Shown: positions 15,209 through 25,903, numbered from the stretch's first letter. The stretch is DNA of 64,000 nt from Rhodospirillales bacterium (GCA_016793875.1 JAEULG010000025.1:1252-65251), one strand, 5' to 3'. Notes: generated from the letters alone by a model not told the origin. Numbers and translations: made by a program.

Positions 15209-16789
15209 ATGGACGCATCGAAGGGCGCCTCGTCCCAATTCCTGGACGCATCCGTGGACCCGCTGGAAGATGAGCATGACCCGGGGCACCGCGAGACCGG
15301 GCGTCCGACCTCGGCCGCGCCGGAAGCGTTCCTCGTCTGCCATCCCGTAGCTGTGTTGCTGGTCAATGGGAAGGCAATGATCCGCGACGACGTTCCGCCG
15401 GATGTGGCGCTGGCGGCTCCCTGGACAGCGGTCATCGACGCCGGCCTTGCCGGAGAAAGCAATCGGCGATTCCTCCCGGGTGAGGCGATGCTTGGTTCCG
15501 ACCGGGAGAGCTCCCAGGGCCTGATCGTTCTCCCTGGCGGAGACGAGAAGGCGGCAGCGTCCCTGCGATCAGCCCTGGCGAATCCCGAACTCATTCAGGA
15601 GTTGCGGCGGCGCCTGCGGCGGCTGGGCACTGAACTGGCCTCCGCGCAGACAGCGGCTGCAGTTACCGCCGGCGGTGCCAGCGAGAACAAGGTGGCGCCT
15701 GCCGCGCCGGCACCGCTTGCGGAGGCGAGCCTCGCCGCAGCCGGTATCCGGCTTGCGGGAGACCCGGCAGCCACGGGTGGCGACGGCGGCGGCGATGCGG
15801 AGCCGGCGCCGCCCTCGCTCATCGCGGGGGTCCGCAGGCTACCGAAGGGGCTGCGGCGTCTCGCCCGGCTGGTGCGTAAGCGCCTCGGCCGGGCCAAGGA
15901 CAAGACCACCCGGGCGCGCGTCAAGTCACTGGATCGGGACGTAAAGGAGCTCTTCGAACTGCTGCAGCGCACCAGCGCCTTGGAAGCACGGCTGGAATCG
16001 GAAGGCGCCCGGATCGACTGGGCCCTCGGCAGCACCGAGGGCATTACCGAACAGGTCGATGCCTATCTTGCGTGCCGCGAGACGGACGGTTATCGGGCTG
16101 CCTTCGCCTCGCCCACCCCGCTGGTCTCAGTCTGCGTCGCTACCATGGACCGCGCCGACGTGCTGGTTGAACGGGCGCTGGCCTCGCTGCGCCAGCAGAC
16201 CTATCGCAACCTGCAGGTGATCGTCGTCGGCGATCACTGCACCGACGACACCGCACAGCGAATTGCCGCAATTGGCGACTCCCGCATCCAGTTCGTCAAT
16301 CTGCCCGAGCGCGGCCCCTACCCCCACCCCGGCCTCGACCGCTGGTATGTCGCCGGCTCCAACGCGATGAACCACGCGCTGTCGCTGTGCGAAGGCCAGT
16401 TCATCACCCATCTCGACGACGACGATGCGATGGTCCCACACCGGATCGAAACGCTCGTCGCCGCCGCGCTCACGGATCAGGCCGATTTCCTGTGGCATCC
16501 GTTCTGGTACGAGCAATGCGACGGCACCTGGCGGCGTATTGGCGACGGGCGTCTGCAGCTGGGTCAAGTCTCCACCGGCTCCATCTTCTATCACCGCTAC
16601 TTCGCGCAGATCCGCTGGGACGTTCACGCCTATCGGTTGCGGGAGCCGGGGGACTGGAACCGGATCCGCAAGATCAAGCTGCTCCGTCCCCGTACTCACT
16701 TCGTCGACGAACCCCTGCTGTACCACCACCAGGAGCAGCAGGCGCACGCGGCCTTTATCGCCCGCGACGGCGAACGCTTCCTGAATTAG
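15209..16789 (+). CDS. Family 2 glycosyltransferase with about 290-aa N-terminal extension (low-complexity plus predicted coiled-coil segment)
   Basis: GT2 core VSVCVATMDRADVLVERALASLRQQTYRNLQVIVVGDHCTDDT ... ITHLDDDDAM (DxD). ATG at 15209 sits just after an AT-rich promoter-like patch (15100-15200). The track start at 15191 is TTG. Confidence 0.75.
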   Translation: MDASKGASSQFLDASVDPLEDEHDPGHRETGRPTSAAPEAFLVCHPVAVLLVNGKAMIRDDVPPDVALAAPWTAVIDAGLAGESNRRFLPGEAMLGSDRESSQGLIVLPGGDEKAAASLRSALANPELIQELRRRLRRLGTELASAQTAAAVTAGGASENKVAPAAPAPLAEASLAAAGIRLAGDPAATGGDGGGDAEPAPPSLIAGVRRLPKGLRRLARLVRKRLGRAKDKTTRARVKSLDRDVKELFELLQRTSALEARLESEGARIDWALGSTEGITEQVDAYLACRETDGYRAAFASPTPLVSVCVATMDRADVLVERALASLRQQTYRNLQVIVVGDHCTDDTAQRIAAIGDSRIQFVNLPERGPYPHPGLDRWYVAGSNAMNHALSLCEGQFITHLDDDDAMVPHRIETLVAAALTDQADFLWHPFWYEQCDGTWRRIGDGRLQLGQVSTGSIFYHRYFAQIRWDVHAYRLREPGDWNRIRKIKLLRPRTHFVDEPLLYHHQEQQAHAAFIARDGERFLN

Positions 16790-16793
16790 ACCC

Positions 16794-17834
16794 ATGATCA
16801 CCATCCATATGACGACCCACAAGCGGCTGGCCTCCGGCCTGCTGCGCGAGGCTGTCGAGTCGGTACTGTCGCAGGACTTCGGCGATTTCGAGTTCGTCAT
16901 CTGCGATGACACCAGCATCGACGGCACCGCCGGGTATCTGCAGCAGGTGGCCGCCTCGGACGGGCGTGTACGCATCATCCGCAACGAGCGCAACGTCAAC
17001 AGCGTCGCCGTCTCGCTCGGCCGCTGCCTGCAGCATTCGGACCCCGCGCGCCCTTGGATAAGCTGGGCGTTCGATGACTGCGTACTGCTCCCGGGGGCAC
17101 TGAGTCGTCTGGTCGAGGCCGCCGGGGCGCATCCTGCGGCAGGGATGCTGTACGGCGTGACCGAGGTGCTGCAGAAGAACGGCAGCGTGCTGCGCGTCGG
17201 CAGCGCGCCGCCGGCGGAGGTCCGATCGCGGATTGCCTCGTCTTCCGTCCTCGTTCCCAACGGCGGCATCCTCGTCCACCGCGAGGTTTTCCGCGCGCAC
17301 GGCTGGTACGACGCCAGCATCGTCCTTCGCCGCTCCTGCGATTGGGATCTCTTCCGCCGCATCATCGAGGGCGGCACCGCCTTCGTCGTCCTGCCCGACG
17401 TGCTGATGCGGGAATCCGGCGCCCTGCAGGCGGACTCGCTGCGCAACGCCTTCACCACGACCTTCGGCGTCATGGCGCGCTTCGTCGCCGCCCGCGATTC
17501 CTCCGGCGCCCGCCTCGATATCGACAACGTGCTCATGCGGCCGATGGACTGGATCCCGCCCGGCGACTGGTCCGCCGCGGACCTCAACCTGATGCGCTAC
17601 ATGTTCGTCGAGTACTTCCTGTCGGTCGGCGACCTCGACCGCGCCTTCCGCTGGTCGCGGCTGCTGGCCGATGGCCTCGATCTCGGCGGCACCCTGCTGC
17701 TCGATAATCTCCTGCGCTACGCCACCGGCGCGGACGCTGACGAAAAGTGCGCCATGGCGGCCGGAGCGTTCACTGGTGTGGTGCTTGGCGCTTGGCGCGA
17801 GAGGCAGCAGCAGAAGCGAGCCGGCGCCAGATGA
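16794..17834 (+). CDS. Family 2 glycosyltransferase
   Basis: MITIHMTTHKRLASGLLREAVESVLSQDFGDFEFVICDDTSIDGT is a typical GT2 N-terminus. It starts 4 nt after the preceding GT2 stop. Confidence 0.8.
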   Translation: MITIHMTTHKRLASGLLREAVESVLSQDFGDFEFVICDDTSIDGTAGYLQQVAASDGRVRIIRNERNVNSVAVSLGRCLQHSDPARPWISWAFDDCVLLPGALSRLVEAAGAHPAAGMLYGVTEVLQKNGSVLRVGSAPPAEVRSRIASSSVLVPNGGILVHREVFRAHGWYDASIVLRRSCDWDLFRRIIEGGTAFVVLPDVLMRESGALQADSLRNAFTTTFGVMARFVAARDSSGARLDIDNVLMRPMDWIPPGDWSAADLNLMRYMFVEYFLSVGDLDRAFRWSRLLADGLDLGGTLLLDNLLRYATGADADEKCAMAAGAFTGVVLGAWRERQQQKRAGAR

Positions 17835-18035
17835 TGTTCGACCGCTTGCGCCGCGGTTTGCTCCGCGAACGCTGCGGGGATCGTGGCACGGCGGTTTGTC
17901 TTTGGGGGGACCAGAATGGGCTACCAGACATCGGGACGGAGCGACCGGCGGCTGTTTCGGGATCTGGAGCCCGGTGAGCTCTCGCCGATCGGAACTCATC
18001 GCCCTGCCGAGCCACCAGCCCCGGTGCGGACGGGC

Positions 18036-19166
18036 ATGCGGATTCCGTTCCTACGACCGCGCCCGCCCCGGCTGAGCCACCTCGTCGCCGACCTGCAGGC
18101 GCTCGAAGCGTCGGGTGTCTACTCCAACTACGGGCCGCTGAACGCTAAGTTCGAGCAGACGCTGACAGACCGGCTTTTTGGCGGCATCGGCGGCTGCTTG
18201 ACCGTCAACAACGCCACCACCGGGCTGATTATCGCGATCCACGAGGCAGCCCCGCGGGGGCCGGGGCGGCGGCTTGCGCTGATGCCGTCCTTTACCTTTG
18301 CCGCCACCGCGCACGCAGCGCTGTGGGCCGGGCTGACGCCTTTGCTCTGCGACATCGATCCGGAAACCTGGAGCATGAGCCCCAATGCTGAGGATGCCTT
18401 GCTGGGCGCCCATGCCGGCGAGATCGCCTGCATCGTCCCTTACGCCTGCTTCGGCAACGGCCTCGACTTGCAACGCTACGCCCGTATCGCCCAGCAGACC
18501 GGCATCGGCGTGGTGATCGACGCGGCGGCATCCCTGGGCTCGCAGCACGAGGACGGTCGCGCCTTCGGTGCCGGTTTTCCGCACGCCGTCGTCTTTTCGA
18601 TGCATGCCACCAAGACCTTTGCTACCGGCGAAGCCGGCGTGATCCACTGCGGCGATGCCGAGCGCCTCGCCCGCCTGCGGACCATGGGAAATTTCGGCTT
18701 CGGCCGGTCGCGCGAGGCAACGATGCCCGGACTGAACTCGAAGCTGAGCGAGCTGGGCGCCCTGCTCGGCCTCGCCAAGCTTCATGACTTCGAGGAGATC
18801 GTGCGCCATCGCGACGCCATCGCCGCCGTCTACCGTCGTAACCTGCCCGGCTTTCAGTTCCAGCGCGTCGTCGGCCGCCGGATCGCCTACCAGTTCGTCC
18901 CCGCCCTGCTGCCGGAGGACTGCCGGATGAGCCGCCCGGCGATCATCGAGGCCCTGGCCGCGGAGGGCATCGGTGCCGCCCACTACTTCAGCCCGCATCT
19001 CGCCGAGCACGACTACTTTGCCGGGGTCAGCCGCAAGGGGGATCTGTGCGAAACCGCTCAAATAGCCGCAAGGATCATCTCCCTGCCGATCTCCGATGAG
19101 ATGACCGAGGCTGAGGCGCTGAGCGTCTGCGCGGTGCTGCGCCGCTGCATCGGAGCAAACCGGTGA
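18036..19166 (+). CDS. DegT/DnrJ/EryC1/StrS-family PLP-dependent sugar aminotransferase
   Basis: MRIPFLRPRPPRL... family-typical N-terminus. PLP-lysine region FSMHATKTFATGEAG. The ORF is open from 17883, so the start is uncertain. Confidence 0.85.
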   Translation: MRIPFLRPRPPRLSHLVADLQALEASGVYSNYGPLNAKFEQTLTDRLFGGIGGCLTVNNATTGLIIAIHEAAPRGPGRRLALMPSFTFAATAHAALWAGLTPLLCDIDPETWSMSPNAEDALLGAHAGEIACIVPYACFGNGLDLQRYARIAQQTGIGVVIDAAASLGSQHEDGRAFGAGFPHAVVFSMHATKTFATGEAGVIHCGDAERLARLRTMGNFGFGRSREATMPGLNSKLSELGALLGLAKLHDFEEIVRHRDAIAAVYRRNLPGFQFQRVVGRRIAYQFVPALLPEDCRMSRPAIIEALAAEGIGAAHYFSPHLAEHDYFAGVSRKGDLCETAQIAARIISLPISDEMTEAEALSVCAVLRRCIGANR

Positions 19167-19759
19167 AGAGCGATTTTCTCGACCCCGAGGAACTGGCTGC
19201 GCTGCAGCTGCGCTCGATCGGCCGGAACGTCAGGATCAGCCGCCGCGCCGTGCTGTTCCGGCCGGGGCGGATCAGTCTCGGCGATCACTCCCGGATCGAT
19301 GCCTTCTGCATCCTCTCCGCCGGCCCTGCCGGGATCAGCATCGGCCGCAACGTCCATGTCTCCGCCTATTCCGCCATCCTCGGCCAGGACCGGGTGACGA
19401 TCGCCGATTTCGCCACTATCTCCGTCCGCTGCACGCTGTTCTCGTCCAACGACGACTACAGCGGCCTGACCATGGCCAATGCCACCATCCCCGCCGACTT
19501 CCGTGGTGCGATCGATGCGCCAGTCGTGGTGGAGACCCACGCCATCATCGGCGCGGGCAGCTTCGTGCTGCCCGGTGTCGTCGTCGGCGAGAGCGCCTGC
19601 GTCGGCGCTGCAAGCCTGGTGAAGGCGAGCGTCGCACCGTTCGATGTCGTCGCCGGGGTGCCGGCACGCCGCATCGGCCACCGCCACCCCGGGCATCGCG
19701 CCCTGGCCGAACGGCTGCTGCAACGGGAAGCCGCCGACCTTAGCAGCACCGACGGCTGA
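19163..19759 (+). CDS. Left-handed beta-helix (hexapeptide-repeat) sugar N-acetyltransferase
   Basis: Hexapeptide repeats (IGRNVRIS, LGDHSRID, IGRNVHVS, IGAGSFVLPGVVVGESACVGAASLV). GTG start overlaps the aminotransferase stop (GTGA, 19163-19166). Confidence 0.8.
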   Translation: MKSDFLDPEELAALQLRSIGRNVRISRRAVLFRPGRISLGDHSRIDAFCILSAGPAGISIGRNVHVSAYSAILGQDRVTIADFATISVRCTLFSSNDDYSGLTMANATIPADFRGAIDAPVVVETHAIIGAGSFVLPGVVVGESACVGAASLVKASVAPFDVVAGVPARRIGHRHPGHRALAERLLQREAADLSSTDG

Positions 19760-19792
19760 GCCGCGCGCGAGCCGGGACGGGTGCCCAACGGC

Positions 19793-20254
19793 CTACTTCA
19801 CGACCACCGTGCCGGTCATGCCGAAGACGGAATGTAGCGGGCGGTCGCAGCTCAAGGGGTAAGTGCCGGAGCGCAAGGGGAGGACGTCTATCTCGGCGCT
19901 CTGCCCCGCGGCGACGCTGACGGTGCCACCAGCGTCGCGGATTTGCGCCGATTCCGGCCCGGGGCCAAGAGCGGCAGTGCGGAAGAACTCCGGAGCGGTG
20001 AAGGTGTGGCGGGTGCCGCTGGCGTTGCGCAGCTGCAGGACGTACGGCTGGTTCGCCCGCAGCACCACCTGTGACGGGTTAAAGCTGAAGTCGTCAAGGA
20101 CGACCTCCAGCTTCTGCGCCCGCTCCCAGTCGACAGCGGCGGGAGGCGCTGGCGCCGGCGCCTCCGCAGGGCTCGCCGGCGTTGCCCCCCTCCCGCCGCC
20201 GCAGCCGGCCGCGAGCAGTGCCACTGCGATCATCAGGGACGAGCGTTTCATCAC
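19793..20254 (-). CDS. Cupredoxin-like (type-1 copper) lipoprotein
   Basis: Lipobox LLAAGC after a signal peptide. C-terminal Cx4Hx4M ligand pattern (SCDRPLHSVFGM) with an upstream His (TRHTF). Confidence 0.75.
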   Translation of the reverse strand: MMKRSSLMIAVALLAAGCGGGRGATPASPAEAPAPAPPAAVDWERAQKLEVVLDDFSFNPSQVVLRANQPYVLQLRNASGTRHTFTAPEFFRTAALGPGPESAQIRDAGGTVSVAAGQSAEIDVLPLRSGTYPLSCDRPLHSVFGMTGTVVVK

Positions 20255-20414
20255 CGGACCTCCGCCAAAGTGGTCGGGCGACTGTAGTACAACCCCGACG
20301 CGAAGGCCAGCGCCGGCGGTGCGAGCGCCGCCCTTGCCGCTGCGCCCGCGCGCCTCTAGGATCGCCCGCCGATGCCGGCCGCCATGGCCGTGCAGGCTCC
20401 GGGAGGGATAATCA

Positions 20415-20843
20415 ATGAGCGATCTGCACGGGTTCTATTTCGAGGACCTGAAGGAAGGCCAGACGGCGAGTTTTGGCAAGACCATCACCGAATCCGATAT
20501 TTATACCTTCGCTGGCGTCTCCGGCGACCTCAACCCGGTGCACGTCAACGAGGACTTCGCCAAGACGACGATGTTCAAGTCGCGCATCGCCCACGGCATG
20601 ATCGGCGCCTCGTTCATCTCCGCCGTGCTCGGCACCAAGCTGCCGGGGCCGGGCTGCATCTACATCAAGCAGGAGCTGAAGTTCAAGGCGCCGGTGAAGA
20701 TCGGCGATACCCTGATCGCCCACGTCACCATCAAGAAGCTGATCCCCGAGAAGAAGTTCGTCGAGTGCGAGACGGTTTGCACGGTCGGCGACAAGAAGGT
20801 GATCGACGGCGAAGCCGTGGTCATGGTGCCCTCGCGCGGCTGA
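20415..20843 (+). CDS. MaoC-like (R)-specific enoyl-CoA hydratase / dehydratase
   Basis: 142 aa. Hot-dog hydratase motif FAGVSGDLNPVHVNEDFAKTTMFKSRIAHGM. Confidence 0.85.
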   Translation: MSDLHGFYFEDLKEGQTASFGKTITESDIYTFAGVSGDLNPVHVNEDFAKTTMFKSRIAHGMIGASFISAVLGTKLPGPGCIYIKQELKFKAPVKIGDTLIAHVTIKKLIPEKKFVECETVCTVGDKKVIDGEAVVMVPSRG

Positions 20844-20858
20844 ACGCGCGCTCCGACA

Positions 20859-20882
20859 GCCGGCGGCGCGACAGCCGCCGGC
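20859..20882 (+). terminator. GC hairpin after the MaoC-like gene (terminator-like, no U tract)
   Basis: gccggcggc (20859-67), loop gcgaca, gccgccggc (20874-82). Perfect 9-bp stem 16 nt after the stop. Confidence 0.4.
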
Positions 20883-20935
20883 CATAACGCAGACAGCCTC
20901 TTGACCGCGGCGGCGCGGGCGGACACGTTGCGCTT

Positions 20936-21907
20936 ATGCGTGTCTTCCGCCACTTCGAGAACCTGCCGGATGACGTCCGCGGCGCCGCGGTGGCCGTCGG
21001 CAACTTCGACGGCGTGCACCTAGGCCACCACGAGGTCATCCGCGAGGCCGGGCGGATCGCCCAGGCGGCTGGCATCCCGTGGGCGGTGCTGACGCTTGAG
21101 CCGCACCCACGCAGCGTCTTCGAGAAGGAAGGCGCCCCGTTCCGGCTGACGCCGTTTTCCGTCAAGGCACGGCGCATCGAGGCGCTGGGACCGGCGGCAC
21201 TGGTGATTATCCCGTTCGATCTGGAGTTTGCCCGCACCCCCCCGCGTGGCTTCGTCGAGCGGGTGCTGGTGGGGGCCCTCGGCGCCCGTCACGTCGTCTG
21301 CGGCCACGACTTCGCCTTCGGCCACGGCCGCAAGGGTACGCCCGAGCTCTTGCTGTGGATGGGCGACGAGTTCGATTTCGGCTTCACCTGCGTCCACGAG
21401 GTCAAGGACGCTGGGGGCGAGCCCTACTCGTCGACCCGCATCCGCGAGTATCTCCGTGAGGGCCAGCCAACGGAAGCGGCGCGGCTGCTCGGCCGCTCCT
21501 TTGCCATCGAGGGTGAGGTGGTGGCGGGCGATGCTCGCGGCCGCACCATCGGCTTTCCCACCGCCAATCTACGCCTCGGCGAATACCTCCGGCCGGCTCT
21601 CGGCGTCTACGCCGTGCGCGCCCGCATCGGCGGCGATGCCGGCGCGGCGCTACCGGCCATCGCCAACCTCGGCCTGCGCCCTACCTTCGGCGGCAGCGAC
21701 CCTTTGCTGGAGGTGCACCTGTTCGACTTCGCCGGCGATCTCTACGGCCAGACCCTGGCGGTCGAGTTGGTGGATTTCCTGCGGGCGGAGAAGAAATTTG
21801 ACGGGCTGGCGGCGCTGCGCGCACAAATCGAGGCCGATTGCGCGCAGGCCCGCCGCCTTCTCGCCGAATCCCCGGAAGCGCCGCGCTTGCGCGCCGCCGG
21901 CACTTAA
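20936..21907 (+). CDS. ribF: Bifunctional riboflavin kinase / FMN adenylyltransferase
   Basis: 323 aa. GNFDGVHLGH nucleotidyltransferase motif and a C-terminal riboflavin kinase region (GFPTANL...EVHLFDF). Conserved position upstream of ileS. Confidence 0.9.
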   Translation: MRVFRHFENLPDDVRGAAVAVGNFDGVHLGHHEVIREAGRIAQAAGIPWAVLTLEPHPRSVFEKEGAPFRLTPFSVKARRIEALGPAALVIIPFDLEFARTPPRGFVERVLVGALGARHVVCGHDFAFGHGRKGTPELLLWMGDEFDFGFTCVHEVKDAGGEPYSSTRIREYLREGQPTEAARLLGRSFAIEGEVVAGDARGRTIGFPTANLRLGEYLRPALGVYAVRARIGGDAGAALPAIANLGLRPTFGGSDPLLEVHLFDFAGDLYGQTLAVELVDFLRAEKKFDGLAALRAQIEADCAQARRLLAESPEAPRLRAAGT

Positions 21908-21948
21908 GCCTTAGCCTTCGCAAATTTGCCTGAATCGGAATACGCCCT

Positions 21949-24783
21949 GTGGATTACAAGTCGACCGTCTTCCTGCCGCGCACCGACTTCCCGATGAAGG
22001 CGGAGCTGCCGAAGCGGGAGCCGGAGATGCTGGCGCGCTGGGGCCGCCTCGACCTCTACCGCAAGCTGCGGGAAGCCTCCGCCGGCCGGCCGAAATTCAT
22101 CCTCCATGACGGCCCGCCCTACGCTAACGGCAACATCCACATCGGCACCGCGCTGAACAAGATCCTCAAGGACGTCATCAACCGCGCCCAGCAGATGCTG
22201 GGCAAGGACGCCAATTACGTCCCCGGCTGGGACTGCCATGGCCTGCCGATCGAGTGGAAGATCGAGGAGAGTTACCGGGCAAAGGGCCTGAGCAAGGACG
22301 AGGTGCCGATCCTGGAGCTGCGCCGGCAGTGCCGCGCCTTCGCCGAGCAATGGATCGGCGTGCAGCGTGGCGAATTCGAGCGGCTGGGGGTGACCGGCGA
22401 TTGGGACGGTCACTACTCGACGATGACCTATGCCGCCGAGGCTCAGATCGTCCGCGAGCTTGGCAAGTTCCTGCTCGATGGCTCGCTCTACAAGGGCGCC
22501 AAGCCGGTGCTGTGGTCGGTGGTGGAGAAGACGGCACTCGCCGAGGCGGAGGTCGAATACCACGACCACACCTCGACGACGATCTTCGTCGGCTTCCCGG
22601 TGCACCACGCCAGCCACCCCTTGCTGGTGGATGCCCGCGTGGTGATCTGGACGACGACCCCGTGGACCATCCCCGGCAACCGCGCCATCGCCTACGGTCC
22701 GTCCTTCCAGTACGCCCTCTACGAGGTCACCGTCGCCGGCGACGGCTGCCGGGCGCGGCCGGGCGACCGGCTGGTCATCGGGGCCGAGCTGGCCGACCGG
22801 GTGCAGAACGAGCTGCACATCGGCGATTGGGTGCGGCTGGGCGAGCTGGACGGCAGCGCCCTGGAAGGAACCTCCTGCCGGCACCCGCTGTGGGAGGCCG
22901 GCTACGACTTTGGGGTGCCGCTGCTGCCAGGCACTTTCGTCGACCTGGAGACCGGCTCCGGCTTCGTCCACATCGCCCCCGGCCACGGCGCTGACGACTG
23001 GGAACTGGGCATGGCGCACGGCGTGCCGGTGCCGGACACCGTCGGGCCCGACGGTGTCTTCCTGGCGCAGGTGCCGCTGTTCGCCGGCCGCCGGGTGCTG
23101 ACAGAGACCGGCGCCGAGGGCGATGCCAACGCGACCGTGCTCAAGGCCCTCGACGAGGCCGGCGCGCTGCTGGGCAAGGGTAAGCTGGTCCATAGCTATC
23201 CCCATTCCTGGCGCTCGAAGGCGCCGCTGATCTTCCGCAACACGCCGCAGTGGTTCATCGGCATGCAGCGCAACGGCCTGCGCGAGAAAGCGCTGGCGGC
23301 GATCGATGCCACTCGTTTCGTGCCCGCCACCGGCCAGAACCGGATCCGCGGCATGATCGAGACGCGGCCCGATTGGTGCGTCTCCCGTCAGCGGGCCTGG
23401 GGGGTGCCGATCACCGTGTTCGTCGACAAGCGGACCGGCGAGCCGCTGCGCGATGCCGCGGTGCTGGAGCGCATCGCCGCCGCGGTCGAGGCCGACGGCG
23501 CCGACGCCTGGTTCGCAGGCGATCCACGTCGATTCCTCTCGCCAGAGCACGATCCTGAGCAGTTCGAGGCGGTGACCGACATCCTCGATGTCTGGTTCGA
23601 TTCCGGCTGCACCCACACCTTCGTGCTGGAGAAGCGGGCCGACCTGCACTGGCCAGCCGATCTCTACCTGGAGGGCTCGGACCAGCACCGGGGCTGGTTC
23701 CATTCGTCGCTGCTGGAATCGTGCGGCACCCGCGGCCGCGCACCCTACGACGCCATTCTCACCCACGGCTTCGTCATGGCCGAGGACGGTCAGAAGATGT
23801 CGAAGTCGCTGGGCAACGTCGTTGCGCCGCAGCAAATCGTCGACAAGCACGGTGCCGACGTTCTGCGGCTGTGGGTCGTCGGCTCCGATTATTCAGAGGA
23901 CTTACGCATTGGCGGCGAAATCATCAAGCAGCAGGCCGATGTCTACCGCCGCTTCCGCAACACCCTGCGCTACTTGCTCGGCAATCTTGCCGGTTTCGAT
24001 GCCCACGAGAAGCTGCCGCGCGAGCAGATGCCGGAGCTGGAGCGCTGGTTGCTGCATCGCCTCGTTCAGCTCGATGCGCAACTGCGCGAGGCCTGCGCGG
24101 CGCTTCAGTTCCACGGCTTCTTCGCCGAGCTGCACACCTTCTGCGCGGTCGACCTTTCCGCTTTCTACTTCGATGTCCGCAAGGATGCTCTCTACTGCGA
24201 TTCGCCGGACAGCATCCGCCGGCGGGCAGCGCGCACGGTCCTCGATATCCTCTTCGACTGCCTGACCGCATGGCTGGCGCCGTTCCTGTGCTTTACCGCC
24301 GAGGAAGCGTGGCTGACCCGCCACCCGGGGGATGAGAGCAGCATCCACCTGCGGACCTTTCCCACACTGCCGGGGGGTTGGCGGGACGATGAGCTGGCCG
24401 AGCGCTGGCTATTGGTGCGCAAGCTGCGCCGCGTCGTCACCGGCGCCCTCGAGCTGGAGCGGGCGGCCAAGCGTATCGGCTCGAGCCTACAGGCGCACCC
24501 GCGCATCTGGGCGGCGCCCGAATACCGGGCGGCAACAGCCGGACTCGACGTCGCGGAGCTGGCGATCACCTCGGCGGCCACCTTCGAGGACGGCGAGGCA
24601 CCTGCCGACGCCTTCCGGCTGGCCGACGTCAGTAGCGTCGCCGTGCGCATCGAGCGCGCCTCGGGAAACAAATGCGAGCGCTGCTGGCAGGTCCTTCCCG
24701 ACGTCGGCAGCGCGCCAGCGCATCCGACGCTGTGCGGCCGCTGCGTCGAGGCGGTCGGGCAACGGCGGGCGGCAGCGGAATGA
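21949..24783 (+). CDS. ileS: Isoleucine--tRNA ligase
   Basis: 944 aa. HIGH-type motif [16 protein letters not shown] motif, C-terminal Zn-finger cysteines (CERCW...CGRC). GTG start. Confidence 0.95.
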   Translation: MDYKSTVFLPRTDFPMKAELPKREPEMLARWGRLDLYRKLREASAGRPKFILHDGPPYANGNIHIGTALNKILKDVINRAQQMLGKDANYVPGWDCHGLPIEWKIEESYRAKGLSKDEVPILELRRQCRAFAEQWIGVQRGEFERLGVTGDWDGHYSTMTYAAEAQIVRELGKFLLDGSLYKGAKPVLWSVVEKTALAEAEVEYHDHTSTTIFVGFPVHHASHPLLVDARVVIWTTTPWTIPGNRAIAYGPSFQYALYEVTVAGDGCRARPGDRLVIGAELADRVQNELHIGDWVRLGELDGSALEGTSCRHPLWEAGYDFGVPLLPGTFVDLETGSGFVHIAPGHGADDWELGMAHGVPVPDTVGPDGVFLAQVPLFAGRRVLTETGAEGDANATVLKALDEAGALLGKGKLVHSYPHSWRSKAPLIFRNTPQWFIGMQRNGLREKALAAIDATRFVPATGQNRIRGMIETRPDWCVSRQRAWGVPITVFVDKRTGEPLRDAAVLERIAAAVEADGADAWFAGDPRRFLSPEHDPEQFEAVTDILDVWFDSGCTHTFVLEKRADLHWPADLYLEGSDQHRGWFHSSLLESCGTRGRAPYDAILTHGFVMAEDGQKMSKSLGNVVAPQQIVDKHGADVLRLWVVGSDYSEDLRIGGEIIKQQADVYRRFRNTLRYLLGNLAGFDAHEKLPREQMPELERWLLHRLVQLDAQLREACAALQFHGFFAELHTFCAVDLSAFYFDVRKDALYCDSPDSIRRRAARTVLDILFDCLTAWLAPFLCFTAEEAWLTRHPGDESSIHLRTFPTLPGGWRDDELAERWLLVRKLRRVVTGALELERAAKRIGSSLQAHPRIWAAPEYRAATAGLDVAELAITSAATFEDGEAPADAFRLADVSSVAVRIERASGNKCERCWQVLPDVGSAPAHPTLCGRCVEAVGQRRAAAE

Positions 24784-25334
24784 ATGGCCGCCCGCGACCA
24801 GGAGCAGGCTCGGCAATGAAGCCGACGCCCCTGTTCGGACGCGGACTAGCGCTGTCCGCACTGATCGTCGTCCTCGACCAAGTCACCAAGTGGTGGATCC
24901 TGGAGCGCATAATGATGCCGCCGCGGCTGATTCCGCTGACGCCGTTCTTCAATCTGGTGATGACGTGGAATCGCGGCGTCAGCTTCGGCCTGTTTAACAA
25001 CGATTCTCCCTACAACGCGCTGATCCTCTCGCTCGTCGCTCTTGTTATCTGCGGCGTCCTCGCCTTCTGGCTGCTCCATGCCCGCAAGCCGGTGCTGGCG
25101 TATGGTCTCGGCATGGTCATCGGCGGGGCTATCGGTAATCTGATCGACCGTATTCGCTTCGGAGCAGTTGCCGACTTCCTTGACTTCCATCTCTGGGGCT
25201 ATCATTGGCCGGCTTTCAATGTTGCCGACTCCGCGATTACGGTCGGCGTGGCTGTCCTTATCGCGGAGTCGGTCTTCGGTAGCGCACAACAGCGCAGCAA
25301 AAACGAGGGTCTCGGTAGGGAAACCAGCGAATGA
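24780..25334 (+). CDS. lspA: Lipoprotein signal peptidase II
   Basis: NRGVSFG and FNVADSAI motifs with four TM segments. ATG at 24780 overlaps the ileS stop (ATGA). An alternative start MKPTPLF lies at 24816. Confidence 0.9.
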   Translation: MNGRPRPGAGSAMKPTPLFGRGLALSALIVVLDQVTKWWILERIMMPPRLIPLTPFFNLVMTWNRGVSFGLFNNDSPYNALILSLVALVICGVLAFWLLHARKPVLAYGLGMVIGGAIGNLIDRIRFGAVADFLDFHLWGYHWPAFNVADSAITVGVAVLIAESVFGSAQQRSKNEGLGRETSE

Positions 25335-25903
25335 AGCGCGCATGGACGGGGTTTGCGCTGCTGTCGGCGATCGTTCTGACCAGCGGATGTGAGGGGCTGA
25401 AACAAGATTTGGGGATCGGTGTCAAGCGGCCGCCCGATGAGTTCACCGTCTATTCGCGGGCGCCGCTGAGCGTACCGCCGGACTACGCGCTGAGGCCGCC
25501 GGCCACCGCCACCGGCGCAAGCCAGGCCGCAGCGCCGCGGGAGACTGCCCGCCAAGCGATGACCGGTGGCAAAGCCACTGCAAGCGCCCCGACCGAGGCA
25601 CAGGTGGCCGCTGCCGGCTCGCCCGGGCTGCAGGAACTGCTGCAGCGCACCGGCGGCAACGCCGCCGAGCCGGACATCCGCGCCCAGGTCAACCGCGAAA
25701 CCACCATCCTCGCCGACGCCGATCAGAGCTTCGTCGAGCGCCTGATGTTCTGGACCGACGTTCCGGACCGGTCGACGGTCGTCGACGCGCCGATGGAAAG
25801 CCGGCGCATCCAGGAGAACCAAGCCCTCAGCAAGCCCCTGTCGGATGGCGAAACCCCGACGATCCGCCGCCGGCCGAAGGCGCTGCTGGAAGGCATTTTC
25901 TAG
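25331..25903 (+). CDS. DUF3035-type lipoprotein
   Basis: Signal peptide plus lipobox LTSGC. PDEFTVYSRAPLSVPPDYALRPP segment. Usual alphaproteobacterial position after lspA, with an ATGA overlap. Confidence 0.75.
   Translation: MKRAWTGFALLSAIVLTSGCEGLKQDLGIGVKRPPDEFTVYSRAPLSVPPDYALRPPATATGASQAAAPRETARQAMTGGKATASAPTEAQVAAAGSPGLQELLQRTGGNAAEPDIRAQVNRETTILADADQSFVERLMFWTDVPDRSTVVDAPMESRRIQENQALSKPLSDGETPTIRRRPKALLEGIF

Noticed and set aside
15209-17834. Calling either GT2 the mycofactocin glycosyltransferase MftF
   Set aside because: I cannot see the membrane-associated architecture I associate with MftF. The genes are separated from the mft-type operon by two cupin genes and an 820-bp dead zone. 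This is left as a hypothesis to test, not an annotation.
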